From contig LNEL01000053.1 in assembly GCA_001464935.1 (NCBI GenBank), positions 8,897 to 72,896 of the forward strand: a DNA stretch of 64,000 nucleotides, written 5' to 3'. The notes below the pieces were generated by a model that saw only the letters and a program-made list of their open reading frames with translations, was not told the DNA's origin and did not search any database. Positions 20,672-31,404 of the stretch are shown here, piece by piece (the first letter of the stretch is position 1; each line of letters starts with the position of its first letter). The translations under genes were made by a program, and so were the position numbers. This DNA comes from Gammaproteobacteria bacterium Ga0077536 (lineage in GTDB: Bacteria > Pseudomonadota > Gammaproteobacteria > Ga0077536).

Positions 20672-21889
20672 TCAACCGAGATTGAAGCGCGCGACGTGGC
20701 CCTGCTGGGTGCTCGCCAGTTCCGCCAGTTCGCGGCTCGCCTGGGCAATCTGCAGCGCGCCCTGCGTGGCCTCTGCCGCAATCGTCGTGATGTTGTCGAC
20801 GCTGCGCGTGATGTGATCGGCATTCTGCCGTTGCTCGCTCGCGGCGCTCGCAATCTGCACGTTCATCTCGCGGATCGTGTCGACCATCGAGGTGATCGAC
20901 TCGAGTGAGCGGCCGGCCTGCTGCGCCTGGCCCACGCTCGCCTGCGCCTTCTCGAGCCCGGACTGCATGGCTTCCACGGCGCTGTTCGCCCCGCCCTGCA
21001 AACGCTCGATCATCACCTGGATTTCGCGTGTCGACTGCTGCGTTCGGCTCGCCAGGCTGCGCACTTCGTCAGCCACGACCGCGAAACCGCGGCCCTGTTC
21101 ACCGGCACGTGCAGCCTCGATCGCCGCATTCAGGGCCAGCAGGTTGGTCTGTTCAGCGATGCCACGGATCACATCGAGCACCGTGCCGATGTTCAGGCTG
21201 TCGGCCTTCAGTTTGGTCAGCGCCTCGGCGGTGTGGGTCACTTCGCTCGCCAGTTCCTCGATGGCGAGCGTCGTGGCGCGCACGACGTCGAAGCCCTGCT
21301 TCGATTCGGCGTCGGCCTCGGTCGCCGCCTCTGCGGCGCGCTGCGCCTTCTGCGCGACGGCGTTGACCGAATTCGTCATTTCGTTGATGGCGTGCGCGAC
21401 GTGTTCGGTCTCGACGCTCTGCCGGCTCATGCCGGTCTTGCTCTGCGCGGTGATCGCTGAGAGCTCCTCGGCCGCGGAGGCGACGGTGGTGCAGCCGCCG
21501 GCGACCGCATCGACGACCTGCACGAAGCTCTTGCGGGTCCTGGTCAACTCGTATGCCATCCACGCGAATTCGTCCTTGCCGTCGAGCTTGCACTTCGCGC
21601 TCAGGTCGCCCTCGCTCATGCGCTGCAGGCAGCGGACGATGACTTCGGCGCGCTGGGCGCTCCAGCCACCGAGCCAGGTGGCAAAGAGCACCGGCACCGC
21701 AACGCCCGCCACTATCGCACCGTAGAGCATCAAGCGGCCGTTCGTGGTGTCGTGATCGACGAACGCGAATACCGCCGCATGCAGCAGGCCGAACGCGGCG
21801 GAGACCACCGCAATGAACAGCATCTGCTGCTTCAGACTCAGTTTGGTCATCAAGGTCTGCATAGGTGCCATCCGCCCGTTGTGTCTCAT
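20672..21889 (-). CDS. methyl-accepting chemotaxis protein with minimal periplasmic loop
   Basis: 405 aa. Two TM helices are separated by about 8 aa (DHDTTNGR), followed by a HAMP domain and the highly conserved signalling hairpin ([37 protein letters not shown]). The start is ambiguous among Met1, Met7 and Met14. Confidence 0.85.
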   Translation of the reverse strand: MRHNGRMAPMQTLMTKLSLKQQMLFIAVVSAAFGLLHAAVFAFVDHDTTNGRLMLYGAIVAGVAVPVLFATWLGGWSAQRAEVIVRCLQRMSEGDLSAKCKLDGKDEFAWMAYELTRTRKSFVQVVDAVAGGCTTVASAAEELSAITAQSKTGMSRQSVETEHVAHAINEMTNSVNAVAQKAQRAAEAATEADAESKQGFDVVRATTLAIEELASEVTHTAEALTKLKADSLNIGTVLDVIRGIAEQTNLLALNAAIEAARAGEQGRGFAVVADEVRSLASRTQQSTREIQVMIERLQGGANSAVEAMQSGLEKAQASVGQAQQAGRSLESITSMVDTIREMNVQIASAASEQRQNADHITRSVDNITTIAAEATQGALQIAQASRELAELASTQQGHVARFNLG

Positions 21890-21934
21890 CGCTTCGGGCT
21901 ATCGGCCGAATGAGGTAACGGCTTGAGTGATTCC

Positions 21935-22543
21935 CTAATCCGGCACGCGTTGCGCCGCAGGCGGCCACAGGGATGGAGTCAGGGCGAGCGGCGGGAGATC
22001 TGCCGCGACGGCCCAGTACACGGGCAGCGGGCTGGCCTGCATCAGCGTCGGCAGCCAGGCGTCGACATAGCCAGCGGCGGCGAGGGCCGCGGCTGTGGCC
22101 GCTGGCGGTGGCGGCACCGACTTCAGCAGGACGAGGCCGGTCGCCTTCAGGTGGGTCGCGAGCGCATGCGCCAGCGAATCCGCACTGACGCGCCAGTCTG
22201 CCGGAAGCTCGGCGAGCACAGCCGCATCAGCCGCTGCCGGGCACCAGAGTCGCGGCCAGCCGCCGCCCGGTGCCGCACAGGCCGCGATCGACACGCAGCC
22301 CTGCAGCCGCGGCTCCAGGCGCTGCAGGTCCGCGCCATAGCGGGCCATCGCCAGCATCGCGCGCACATGTGCCTCGGCGTCACTGAAGCCCTCGCGCTGC
22401 TGGGCGGCGCGGACGGCGTCGGCGTACGGGCCGCCGCCCGGCACGCACAGCCAGCGTCGCCCGGGATCGCCCGCCAGCGCGGCCAGCCACGGCGCCAGGG
22501 TCACCTGCTGCGAGAGGCTACCGCCGATCTTGGCGACCCACAT
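21935..22543 (-). CDS. amino-acid (Asp/Glu/uridylate) kinase family protein, H4MPT/methanofuran-cluster associated
   Basis: The start is ATG 22543 after GAGG. Motif VAKIGGSL...VPGGGPYADAVR supports the family call. It lies next to pabB and the hydantoinase-like gene, as in methylotroph C1 islands. Confidence 0.72.
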   Translation of the reverse strand: MWVAKIGGSLSQQVTLAPWLAALAGDPGRRWLCVPGGGPYADAVRAAQQREGFSDAEAHVRAMLAMARYGADLQRLEPRLQGCVSIAACAAPGGGWPRLWCPAAADAAVLAELPADWRVSADSLAHALATHLKATGLVLLKSVPPPPAATAAALAAAGYVDAWLPTLMQASPLPVYWAVAADLPPLALTPSLWPPAAQRVPD

Positions 22544-23924
22544 CGCTGACCTCGGCGCGCGCGAACACTTCCAGCATCGCCGCTGCCTTGGCGAGGCATT
22601 CGGCATATTCGGCCGCGAGATCGGAATCCATCACGATGCCGCCCCCGGCCCAGCAGTACATGCGCTCGCGATGACAGACGAGCGTGCGAATCGCGATATT
22701 CGTATCCATGTGGCCCGAGCGCGACACGTAGCCGAGCGAACCGCAGTAGACGCTGCGTCTGCTCGGTTCGATCTCCTCGATGACTTCCATTGCCCGCAGT
22801 TTCGGGGCCCCGGTGATCGAGCCGCCCGGGAAACAGTTGCGCAGGGCATCGAGCGCACTGACCTCCGGCGCCAGCGTTCCCTCGACGGTGCTCACGAGGT
22901 GATGCACCTTCTTGTAACTCTCCACCGCGAACAGATGCGGCACCCGCACGCTGCCGGGCACGCAGCTGCGTCCGAGATCGTTGCGCAGCAGATCGACGAT
23001 CATCACGTTCTCGGCGCGATCCTTCAGGCTCAGCGCAAGTTCGGCGGCGAGCGCAGCATCTTCTGCCGGCGTCGCACCGCGCGGGCGCGTGCCTTTGATC
23101 GGCTTGGTTTCGATGCGTCGACCCTCGACGCGCAGGAAACGCTCCGGCGAGGAGCTCAGAATCGCCCCGTCGGGCGTCATGAAACAGGCCGAATAGGGCG
23201 CGGGATTCAGATTGCGCAGCCGCAGGTAGGCATCCCACGGATGGCCCTGGACCGGCGCCGAAAAGCGCTGCGTCAGGTTGACCTGGTACACGTCGCCTTC
23301 GCGGATGTAGTGCTTGATCCGGTGCCACGCGCGGGCATAAGCCTCGAAGCTGACTTCGGGCTGCACGCTTTCACTGACCGTGAACGTGCTGCCGAACGCG
23401 GCTGGCGTCAATGGCGGCTGCGCGTTCCACGCGCCGACGATGCGCGCTTCATCGCAGGGCGCATCCGGATGAATGACGAGTTGCGCACTGCGCTCGTCGT
23501 GATCGACCACGATTGCCCAGCCATAGATACCGATTGCCATCTCGGGCAATGCGATGTCGTGCGCGGCGGTGGCCGGCAGGCGCTCGAGCCGACGCGCCAG
23601 GTCGTAGGCGAAGTAACCGAGCGCGCCACCGCTGAACGGCCCCACGTCGGTGACCGACGGCAGCACGCGTGCCAGTTCGCGCTCGAGCAACTGGAACGGA
23701 TCCTCCTGCGTGAGACGGGTCGCACCGCCGGTGTCGGCGACCAGCGTCTCCGCGCCACGCGTGACGAGTGTCGTCAGCGGGTCGCAGGCAATGAGGTCGT
23801 AACGCCCGCCCAGCGCGCGTTCGCGGCAGCTGTCGAGATAGATGAACCAGGGACGGTCGACGAGCCGCGCAAGACGCGTCGCGACTTCCTCGTGATAGGG
23901 CAGCGGAACGATGCGCGGCTTCAT
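22518..23924 (-). CDS. pabB: aminodeoxychorismate synthase component I
   Basis: 468 aa with a chorismate-utilising fold. The PIKGT motif is PabB-type Lys rather than TrpE PIAGT. GGSITGAPK and GGGIV are also present. Confidence 0.85.
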   Translation of the reverse strand: MKPRIVPLPYHEEVATRLARLVDRPWFIYLDSCRERALGGRYDLIACDPLTTLVTRGAETLVADTGGATRLTQEDPFQLLERELARVLPSVTDVGPFSGGALGYFAYDLARRLERLPATAAHDIALPEMAIGIYGWAIVVDHDERSAQLVIHPDAPCDEARIVGAWNAQPPLTPAAFGSTFTVSESVQPEVSFEAYARAWHRIKHYIREGDVYQVNLTQRFSAPVQGHPWDAYLRLRNLNPAPYSACFMTPDGAILSSSPERFLRVEGRRIETKPIKGTRPRGATPAEDAALAAELALSLKDRAENVMIVDLLRNDLGRSCVPGSVRVPHLFAVESYKKVHHLVSTVEGTLAPEVSALDALRNCFPGGSITGAPKLRAMEVIEEIEPSRRSVYCGSLGYVSRSGHMDTNIAIRTLVCHRERMYCWAGGGIVMDSDLAAEYAECLAKAAAMLEVFARAEVSDVGRQDRR

Positions 23925-24949
23925 GCGGGCTCGAGCGCGAGGCTCGCGACGGCGAGTGCGGGCGCGCAGTCGCTGGCGAGCGCGACGGCGTCGCCGCGGA
24001 TGTCGAGTGCGGTTGCGTAATCAACGTAGTCGAGCCCCAGCCACGGCGCGAGTTCGCGCGCCAGAAAGCGTCCGACGCCCGCGCCGACCAGAACCCGTGG
24101 TCGCGCCGTCCCGCGCACGCGCAAGGCCGCCGCGCGCAGCCGCGCAAGCTGGGCCCCGCGCAGATAGGTCGCGAGTTCACGCAGGGCGGGTGCCGTGGCC
24201 TCGGTGCAATCATCACCCACCATCCGCGCGAGCCGCGCGGCACTGTCGGCCGCGGTCTTCGGGCGCCCGTCGGCGCTCGGCATCAGATCGGCGTCCGGCG
24301 GCAACTCGCCGAGGATGCGGTAGACATCGGCGGTGGTCGCAAAGTACTCGGCGGCCATGCCCTGCCAGCTGCCGCGGTAAGGCACGCGGGCGCTGAGCGC
24401 CATCACCGGTGTGCGGGCGACGCCCTGATAGACGAGCTCATCGGCGGCCAGGCGGGTGCGATCGGTCATACCCTGCGCGCGCACGACGCCGTCGACGATC
24501 GCGATCACATCGGTGGTCGTGGAGCCGATGTCGATCAACAGGGCGTCCGGCATGCGGGCCGCGAGCGCGCGCGCCATCGCATGCCAGTTCATCGAGGCAA
24601 TCGCGTCCGGTGCGGCCGCAGCGACCAGCCCGTGCTCGCAGGCGTACACCAGCGGCGCGCGAGGCGCCAAGGTCAACTGCGCCGTGTGCAGGATTTGCCC
24701 GACGCCATCAGCGCGATCGCGAAACAGATCGCACAGTTCACCTGTCATCGTCAGCGCGTGACGGTGTGGCGGCGGCTGCGCAGCCATCGCCTGCAGCATC
24801 GCGCGCGACAGGTGCTCCAGCCCCTGCCACAGCGGGCACGGCAGCAGTTGCACCGCGCGCAGCGCACGCGTGCCATCGAGCGTCACGGACTTCAGGTGGG
24901 CGCCGCCGATGTCCCATCCCGTCGCGATGAAGTCGGCAGCCGGCATCAA
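23921..24949 (-). CDS. hydantoinase/oxoprolinase-family H4MPT-linked C1 transfer pathway protein
   Basis: 342 aa. Motifs GWDIGGAHLK...LIDIGSTTTD are ASKHA-type phosphate motifs. It overlaps pabB by 4 nt. Confidence 0.78.
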   Translation of the reverse strand: MMPAADFIATGWDIGGAHLKSVTLDGTRALRAVQLLPCPLWQGLEHLSRAMLQAMAAQPPPHRHALTMTGELCDLFRDRADGVGQILHTAQLTLAPRAPLVYACEHGLVAAAAPDAIASMNWHAMARALAARMPDALLIDIGSTTTDVIAIVDGVVRAQGMTDRTRLAADELVYQGVARTPVMALSARVPYRGSWQGMAAEYFATTADVYRILGELPPDADLMPSADGRPKTAADSAARLARMVGDDCTEATAPALRELATYLRGAQLARLRAAALRVRGTARPRVLVGAGVGRFLARELAPWLGLDYVDYATALDIRGDAVALASDCAPALAVASLALEPA

Positions 24950-25025
24950 CGACGCCGCGACTGCGATGGCTGCCCGGCAGGCTTGCCACTAGAATGGACC
25001 GGATCATTCACGTCGTCGGATCTCC

Positions 25026-25733
25026 ATGCGCTGTGTTGCCGTTCTCGATCTCCGTGCCGGGCTGGTGGTCCATGCGATCCGCGGTCAGCGCGACCGTTAC
25101 CAGCCGATACGTTCGGTCCTGACCACCGCCACCGATCCGGTCGCAGTCACTGACGCGCTGCGCGATCGTCTCGCCATCGATGCATTCTACGTTGCAGACC
25201 TTGATGCAATACAGCAACAGGGTTCGTCCCGGATCACGATCGAAGCCTTGGTTCGTCGTCACCCGGACTGCGAGTGGTGGATCGACGCGGGCATCGGTGC
25301 GCCGGACGCACTCGAACCCTACCTGTCGCTGCCGAACGTGTCCTGCGTCATCGGCAGCGAGTCGCTGGCCAGCGTCGGCGACTACCTCGCGGTACGGGCC
25401 GCCCTGCCCCGCCCCGCCGCCGCCCTGCTGTCGCTGGACCATCGCGCCGGCCGGTTCATGGGCCCGGGTGCGCTCGAGAGCGACCCCACGCTGTGGCCCG
25501 ACACCGTGATCGCGATGAACCTCGACCGGGTCGGCGCCGGCAGTGGGCCCGATTTGCCCCTGCTTCAGCGCCTGCGCGACAGCGCGCCGACGGCCTCGAT
25601 CGTCGCAGCCGGCGGTGTGCGGCATGCGGCCGATCTCGCGACGCTCGCCGGCCTCGGCGTCAGCCACGTGCTGATCGCCACGGCCCTCCACCAGGGACGC
25701 CTGAGCGCCGCCGAACTCGCCACCTGCGCCTGA
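25026..25733 (+). CDS. HisA/HisF-related TIM-barrel protein (C1-island associated)
   Basis: 235 aa. Motifs VLDLRAGLVVHA...FYVADLDA...VAAGGVR support the call. Confidence 0.78.
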   Translation: MRCVAVLDLRAGLVVHAIRGQRDRYQPIRSVLTTATDPVAVTDALRDRLAIDAFYVADLDAIQQQGSSRITIEALVRRHPDCEWWIDAGIGAPDALEPYLSLPNVSCVIGSESLASVGDYLAVRAALPRPAAALLSLDHRAGRFMGPGALESDPTLWPDTVIAMNLDRVGAGSGPDLPLLQRLRDSAPTASIVAAGGVRHAADLATLAGLGVSHVLIATALHQGRLSAAELATCA

Positions 25734-25786
25734 CGGGCACGGCGGTCGGCCGCTGCGCGGCGGCGCCAGGCCTGGGCGAAGCACCC

Positions 25787-25813
25787 AAAAAAAAGCCCCG
25801 CTTGCGCGGGGCT
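25787..25813 (-). terminator. rho-independent terminator after fae
   Basis: The minus strand reads AGCCCCGC-GCAA-GCGGGGCT followed by T8. It lies 35 nt after the fae stop. Confidence 0.72.
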
Positions 25814-25847
25814 CAGTGTTCGCTCAGTCAGAACTGGAGTCGAAAGC

Positions 25848-26357
25848 TTACTTCGCCTGGAACGGATGGGCGGACGAGCCCTTCTGCGCCACGACGGTCG
25901 CCGCTTTCGGCTCGCGCGCCACGGCGCGCTTGATCGATTCTTTGACGGCCTGGTAGTTGTAGTCCTGGATCTTCTTGTCGTCTTCGGCGAGCCAGTGGAT
26001 GAACACACCGACGCAGATGAAGACGTCATCGGCTTCGGCAGCCGGAATCGTGCCGTCTTCGACGCAATCCGCCACCGCCATCGCGACGCCGCGCTGGGCC
26101 GGGCCGAACATCTGCACGGCCTGCTTCGAGCCCTTGATCGTCACTTTGTTGAACATGACGGTGCTCGGCTTGGTCGCCAGGTTCGGCGCCACCACGGCGA
26201 GCAGGCTGCTGAATCCATCCTTGTTGTTGGTCACGCAATTGCAGAACGCTGCCTCGGCGGCGCTGCCACGCGGTCCCATGATGAGGTCGATGTGAGCGAC
26301 TTCGTTGCCATCGCCCACGAGGGATTCACCCACCAATACTCTGTCAATAACGGCCAT
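25848..26357 (-). CDS. fae: formaldehyde-activating enzyme
   Basis: 169 aa: [32 protein letters not shown]...[11 protein letters not shown] strong RBS (AGGAAAAGGAGAAAAA) precedes the start. Confidence 0.95.
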   Translation of the reverse strand: MAVIDRVLVGESLVGDGNEVAHIDLIMGPRGSAAEAAFCNCVTNNKDGFSSLLAVVAPNLATKPSTVMFNKVTIKGSKQAVQMFGPAQRGVAMAVADCVEDGTIPAAEADDVFICVGVFIHWLAEDDKKIQDYNYQAVKESIKRAVAREPKAATVVAQKGSSAHPFQAK

Positions 26358-26494
26358 GAGTTTTTCTCCTTTTCCTGATAAATGTTGGCGGAACGCGGTT
26401 CCGCACGTCGCGTGCCGAAGCTGATGACCTCGCCACCGCGCCTGGCGGTGGCCTCAGGTTTGTGATGATGTCACCGCCGCGTGCGGGCAGTGTT

Positions 26495-27361
26495 TCAGCG
26501 GGCGTTCTGCAGCGCCGCCGCCAAATTCATCGCGAATAAGCTCGTAACCGTGAGATCCGCACTGGTGCCCGGATTCACGCCCCCGCGCTTGAGCTCGCAG
26601 TCGAAGGTTTGCACCAGAGCCGCGCGCTCCTCGGGATCTTCGCACGCTTTATACGCGGATTCTAGCTCGGCCGCCCGGCCCATCAGCCGCCGTGCGGCCT
26701 CTTCCCCGAGTTTGCGCTCGACATGGGTGTCGGGCATCGACGCGAGGAAACGCAGAAACGCCCGCACGACTGCGGCACTGAGGCTGTCGTCGGCATGCAG
26801 TCCTGCGCGCAGCGCGGGAATGCCGACATCGAACACATCGGCATAGTCGTGCACGTAGTTCCATGCAATCCGGTCGCGCTCCGCGGCCAGTTGCATCGCA
26901 TGCCGCAAATCGTGCGTGGGCGACGCCGCCACGTCTTCGGCCGCCGCGGTGCCGAGCCCGGCCGGGTGCGCGCGACGAATGGCGGCAAACGCGTCTTCGG
27001 CGTCGGCCAAATCGAGTCCGGCCAGGACCCGCGCGAGCCGCGTCCTCAGACTGCCCTCGAGCGGCCGCCGCACAGCCTGCGCGAGCGGCGCGGCCAGCAG
27101 CACGATGCCGAGATTGGTATTGCAGCCGACTGCCCCCCAGGTGGCATCGATCGCTTCGCGCACGGCCGCGCCGACGCCGCGCGCTGCGCGCGCGAGCGGA
27201 TCCGCGGTCACGCGCGCACTGGTCAGGAAATCGACCGCCTGCATGCCGTGCCCGGCCGACCCGATGCTGACATTGCCGGGTTTCGCCGCCAGCACATCGA
27301 AGCGGCAGGCATCGCGATACAGGGCCGCCACCAGCGGTGCCGGCAGCGTGTGACCCGTCAC
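26495..27361 (-). CDS. triphosphoribosyl-dephospho-CoA synthase (CitG/MdcB) family protein
   Basis: 288 aa with a GTG start. Motifs KPGNVS...CNTNLGIVLL...NPGTSADL support the call. Confidence 0.82.
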   Translation of the reverse strand: MTGHTLPAPLVAALYRDACRFDVLAAKPGNVSIGSAGHGMQAVDFLTSARVTADPLARAARGVGAAVREAIDATWGAVGCNTNLGIVLLAAPLAQAVRRPLEGSLRTRLARVLAGLDLADAEDAFAAIRRAHPAGLGTAAAEDVAASPTHDLRHAMQLAAERDRIAWNYVHDYADVFDVGIPALRAGLHADDSLSAAVVRAFLRFLASMPDTHVERKLGEEAARRLMGRAAELESAYKACEDPEERAALVQTFDCELKRGGVNPGTSADLTVTSLFAMNLAAALQNAR

Positions 27362-28300
27362 TCAGGCAGCACCGGCGGCACCGACCATCCGAGCGCGCCG
27401 CATCTTCGCCACGAAGGCGTCCAGCAGTCCGTCGGTGACCGCCTCGCCACAGGCCTGCTGCAGTCCCCACCACGCCGGCACCCCGTTCACTTCGCCGACG
27501 ACCCACTGTCCCGCGCCATCGCGCATCAGGTCGACACCCGCATAGTCGATGTCGAGCGCGGCCGCGGCACGTTCGGCGAGGTCGCGCAGCGCGCCGCTGT
27601 CGACCGGCGCCATTTCGCACCGCGCGCCCTGCGCGCGGTTCGTGATCCAGTGCTCGCTGGTGCGGCTCATTGCGTGCCGCGCGACACCGTCGACGACGAG
27701 CACGCGCCAGTCCCGGTACGGCGGACCGCCGCGTTCGACGAACTCCTGCAGATACCAGACGCCGTTGACCGGCGTCGCCGCGTCGAAGGCCGCCAGACTG
27801 TCGAGCAGCAACAGGCCTTCGCCCTGGGAACCGAACAGCGGCTTCGACACGAGGCGCACTCCGCGCCCGAGCGCGTCCGCCACGATCGCGCGCGCGGCCG
27901 CGCGCTGCTCCAGCACCCAGGTCCGCGGCGTCGCAATGCCGTGCAGTGCCAGCACAAAGCTCGTCAGCGCCTTGTCGACCGTACGCTCGATCGCGCGCCC
28001 CGTGTTGAATACCGGGACGTCGAGCAGGCTGAGCGCGTGCAACGCATCGAGCCGGAGTATCACTTCCTCGAGCGTACCGCCGGGCACGCCGCGCACGAAC
28101 ATTCCGGCCGGCAATTCATGCTCGAAGCCCGGCATCACGACGGTGGGGCCGGCCGGCCCCACCTCGAGATGGCAGTCCTTGAGGCTCAGCATGTCGACCG
28201 TGTAACCACGTCGCGCCAGCCCGCTGGCCAGCACGCGCCCGTGCCAGCCCGGGTCGTCAGTGGCGATGACGACCCGGGTCGAGGAACGCGGCGGCTTCAT
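27362..28300 (-). CDS. RimK-family ATP-grasp alpha-L-glutamate ligase (MptN-like)
   Basis: 312 aa. Motifs [12 protein letters not shown] and EVNGVPAW support the call. It abuts the citG-like gene with no gap. Confidence 0.82.
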   Translation of the reverse strand: MKPPRSSTRVVIATDDPGWHGRVLASGLARRGYTVDMLSLKDCHLEVGPAGPTVVMPGFEHELPAGMFVRGVPGGTLEEVILRLDALHALSLLDVPVFNTGRAIERTVDKALTSFVLALHGIATPRTWVLEQRAAARAIVADALGRGVRLVSKPLFGSQGEGLLLLDSLAAFDAATPVNGVWYLQEFVERGGPPYRDWRVLVVDGVARHAMSRTSEHWITNRAQGARCEMAPVDSGALRDLAERAAAALDIDYAGVDLMRDGAGQWVVGEVNGVPAWWGLQQACGEAVTDGLLDAFVAKMRRARMVGAAGAA

Positions 28301-29280
28301 CCGCCGAACGACAGATCCAGCAGGTCTTCGCGCAGCGCGCCGCCGTGGAAGGTCTTGCCGCTCCTGACCGCCGTGACCGCGCAGCGCGCCGGCGAGAACA
28401 GCATCGGATCAATCTGGTAGAAGTCGAACTTGTATTCCTTGAACACCTGCCCGAACGGCTTGCCGAAATCACGCGACGACGCGCTCGGCAGTTTCTCGGC
28501 GAGGTCACGCGCGTCGTCGTCGCTGGCGTCGACATAGAGCTGCACGAAGCCACCGAACAGGATTGCGTCATTCGTGCGGCCCATCGCGTTGATGAAATCG
28601 GCGGTCGGCGGCGGCACCGGCGCGGTGCCCGCGCCATCGACGATTTGCGCAAGCGGGAAATGCAGCGTGTGCACTTTATGCAGCGCCACTTCGAGCACGC
28701 GGCCGACGATCTGCACGCCACCGGCGAGGCTCGACGTCGGCGTCAGCACCAGCGTCAGTTGTCCCGGTGCGATGCCACAGTAGCTGATGATCTTGTCGAC
28801 CACTTCCGGCGGCGGCACCTTGTCGACTTCGAGCACCAGGCAGGTGTCGCCTGCCGGATTGCGGTAATCGAGTTCCTTGAACAGTTCTTCCTTGCTGCCG
28901 ATCGAACGCGCCGGACCGGATCCGAGTGCATGGAAGGCGCCCTTGCCCTGACCGTGACTGAGGCTCCAGCCCGCGTACTGCGAGCCGAGGCAGGCCGTGA
29001 CGGGATCGGTCGAATGCACGTCGACCTGCCACGCCCAGTGCCTGAACGCGGTACTGGCGCGGAACTGCACGGTGCCGAGACCGCCCATGCAGATTTCGGC
29101 AATGATCCGGCCGGCTTCGAGACCGCCGGGCACCTGGATGCCGGCGTCGACGATGCAGACGCCGTTGTCGAGATGGCTGACGCCGACGCGCAGGCGATCG
29201 GCTTCGTCGACGAGACGCTGGACCAGCGCGCGGCTGGCGCGGCTGACGTCGGCGCGTTTGAGTGTGGTGGAAGCTGTCAT
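28297..29280 (-). CDS. mch: methenyltetrahydromethanopterin cyclohydrolase
   Basis: 327 aa from ATG 29280 ([20 protein letters not shown]...GLGTVQF...[10 protein letters not shown]). Both ends have ATGA overlaps. Confidence 0.92.
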   Translation of the reverse strand: MTASTTLKRADVSRASRALVQRLVDEADRLRVGVSHLDNGVCIVDAGIQVPGGLEAGRIIAEICMGGLGTVQFRASTAFRHWAWQVDVHSTDPVTACLGSQYAGWSLSHGQGKGAFHALGSGPARSIGSKEELFKELDYRNPAGDTCLVLEVDKVPPPEVVDKIISYCGIAPGQLTLVLTPTSSLAGGVQIVGRVLEVALHKVHTLHFPLAQIVDGAGTAPVPPPTADFINAMGRTNDAILFGGFVQLYVDASDDDARDLAEKLPSASSRDFGKPFGQVFKEYKFDFYQIDPMLFSPARCAVTAVRSGKTFHGGALREDLLDLSFGG

Positions 29281-30482
29281 CGCGGGTCCCCTCGATTGGC
29301 CTGCCGACGTGGGCCGGCCCTGTTTGCTGTTGTGATGATCGGCTGCCGGGCCAGTGGCACGGCCGGATCGTCGATCCCGAGCAGGCGACACAACGCGATC
29401 ACGCGTTGCGCCAGGCGCTCACAGGCGGCTTCCGGCGTTGCACCAGCTGCCAGCACCGTGCACAGGGGAGCGCCCCGCGGCAACCGCGCCCCTGCACCGG
29501 GTCGGTCGGCAACCCAGGCTGGCCAGTCTAACGAGTTCGGAATCCGAATGGGATTGTCGAGCATGAGCACGGCGTGAGCGCGCGCGCGCGCGAGCGCCTG
29601 CGGCCGGCGCCACGACTGGCCGCGGCAGGCAGCCAGGTGGGCGCGAAAGGCCGCCGCCGGCGCGGCCACCAGTTCGACCGTCGCGGTCCAGCGCGGATTG
29701 ATTTCGATCAGCTGCCAGCGGTTGTGGGCGTCGACGACGAAATCGACGCCGCAGAGTCCGCGCAGGCCGAAACGGGCGGCCACGCGGCGCAGCGCGGCTT
29801 CGATGTGGCGGCACAGCCGCCGCGGCAGCAACTGGCCGCCAACGGCGCCGGCATAGACGAACGGGCTCGGCGAGGACGGCCAGAACAGGTGCGCGTTGTA
29901 ACCGAGTACGTCGAGCGTGCGGGCACCGGCAACGAAGACCACGGACATCGAGCGTCCGGCGCAGAACGCCTGCGCGTAATCGTGCGCTGCGAGCGCCGCG
30001 CCGGGCACGCCCCAGCGCACGTGATGGCCACCGGCCTGACCGCGAGTCTTGACGACCCATCGGCCGCGCGTCGGCACCCGATCGGTCGCGATGGCGGGCG
30101 TCGGCACGTCGAGTGCGCGCAGCCGCGCGTGCAGCCCGACGGGATCCGTCACTTCGGCCAGCCCTTCTCCGGCACTGCCGCAGACGTCGAAGGCCTGACC
30201 GAGCCGCGCCAGCAGCGGCGTCGCCGCTTCGAAACCGGCGCCCCAGACGAGGGGCAAGCGCGCGCCGCCAGCGAGGCGCCCCAGATCGGCGAGCAGTTGT
30301 CGTGGCCGGAAGCGGAAGCCGCGTGCGGCGGGCGTGACGATCAGGTGTTCGCTGGCGGCACGCGTGTCGTCGTCGCCAAAGAGATCGACGACCCGCGGTG
30401 CGTAACCGGCAGCGCGCGCCGCGTGCGCCAGCTGGCGCGCGCTGCGCGCCGCGATCAGGATCGGGTGGCGCGCCCTGCCCAC
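29277..30482 (-). CDS. ATP-grasp domain protein (C1-island associated, possibly MfnD-like)
   Basis: 401 aa. Motifs [14 protein letters not shown] and [21 protein letters not shown] are ATP-grasp core motifs. It lies between mtdB and mch. Confidence 0.72.
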   Translation of the reverse strand: MGRARHPILIAARSARQLAHAARAAGYAPRVVDLFGDDDTRAASEHLIVTPAARGFRFRPRQLLADLGRLAGGARLPLVWGAGFEAATPLLARLGQAFDVCGSAGEGLAEVTDPVGLHARLRALDVPTPAIATDRVPTRGRWVVKTRGQAGGHHVRWGVPGAALAAHDYAQAFCAGRSMSVVFVAGARTLDVLGYNAHLFWPSSPSPFVYAGAVGGQLLPRRLCRHIEAALRRVAARFGLRGLCGVDFVVDAHNRWQLIEINPRWTATVELVAAPAAAFRAHLAACRGQSWRRPQALARARAHAVLMLDNPIRIPNSLDWPAWVADRPGAGARLPRGAPLCTVLAAGATPEAACERLAQRVIALCRLLGIDDPAVPLARQPIITTANRAGPRRQANRGDPR

Positions 30483-30495
30483 GCCGCGCGGCGCG

Positions 30496-31404
30496 TCAAC
30501 GCTGCGCGACGATCGAGCGCGCGAGCGCGAAAGCTTCCTCGTGGGCGAGATAAATCGGTTCCGCCGATTCGTACATCTGCGCGAGCAGGCCGGTGTGGAC
30601 GCGATACTTCACATCGCCAATCGCGAGCGCGCCGAGACCGCGCGCGGTGCCGGTGGCGGTCTTGAGTTCGACCCCGTTGTCTTTTGCGGCCACGCCCTCG
30701 ATGCCGCTCGGCGGCACCGCGTTCGCATCGGCGGCTATCAGCAGGCGCCGCGCCCGGCCGATGGCCTGCGTATCGATCACGCGCACACCGGCCTTCGCCG
30801 CATTGAACACCACCTCGGCGTCTTCGAGAATGCGGTCGAGCGCGCCCGGCGCACCACCGTCCACGCCGTGGATGTCGATGTCATAACGCGAGTTGCATGC
30901 GTCAGCGCTCGCCTGCGCCTCCTGCGCGCCGCGGTTGCTGACGAGAAAGACCTCGGCGCCGCACCGCGCGGCCAGCAGCCCCACGCAGTTGCCGACCGGG
31001 CCGGTGCCGCCGAACACATAGACCTTGCGCCCCGTCAGGGTCGAGCCGTCGAGCTTGCCGAGCCAACGCTCAGCCAGCGCCACCATCGCCGCGGCGGTCG
31101 TGATGGCGCCGCTCGGATCGGCGAGCACCGAGACTTCGAACGGCGGCACCATGGCCTTCTTCGCCGCCTTCAGCATGTCGATCGCGAGGTGGAACTCGCG
31201 GCCGCCGATGAAGATGCCGGTGCGCCGCACGCCTTCGGGGCTGCGCGAAAAAATCGTGTCCTGCGTCAGCGGATGAATTTCTTCGAGCGTCACGTTGCAG
31301 TACGGGATCACCGCGTCGTAGCGCGCCTCATAGGCCATGTTGATGTCGAAGGGGCTGACATACTTCGTCGGGCTAAAGACGTGCAGCAGATAAGGGTCTT
31401 TCAT
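30496..31404 (-). CDS. mtdB: NAD(P)-dependent methylenetetrahydromethanopterin dehydrogenase
   Basis: 302 aa: MKDPYLLHVFSPTKYVSPFDINMAYEA...VFGGTGPVG. Confidence 0.92.
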   Translation of the reverse strand: MKDPYLLHVFSPTKYVSPFDINMAYEARYDAVIPYCNVTLEEIHPLTQDTIFSRSPEGVRRTGIFIGGREFHLAIDMLKAAKKAMVPPFEVSVLADPSGAITTAAAMVALAERWLGKLDGSTLTGRKVYVFGGTGPVGNCVGLLAARCGAEVFLVSNRGAQEAQASADACNSRYDIDIHGVDGGAPGALDRILEDAEVVFNAAKAGVRVIDTQAIGRARRLLIAADANAVPPSGIEGVAAKDNGVELKTATGTARGLGALAIGDVKYRVHTGLLAQMYESAEPIYLAHEEAFALARSIVAQR

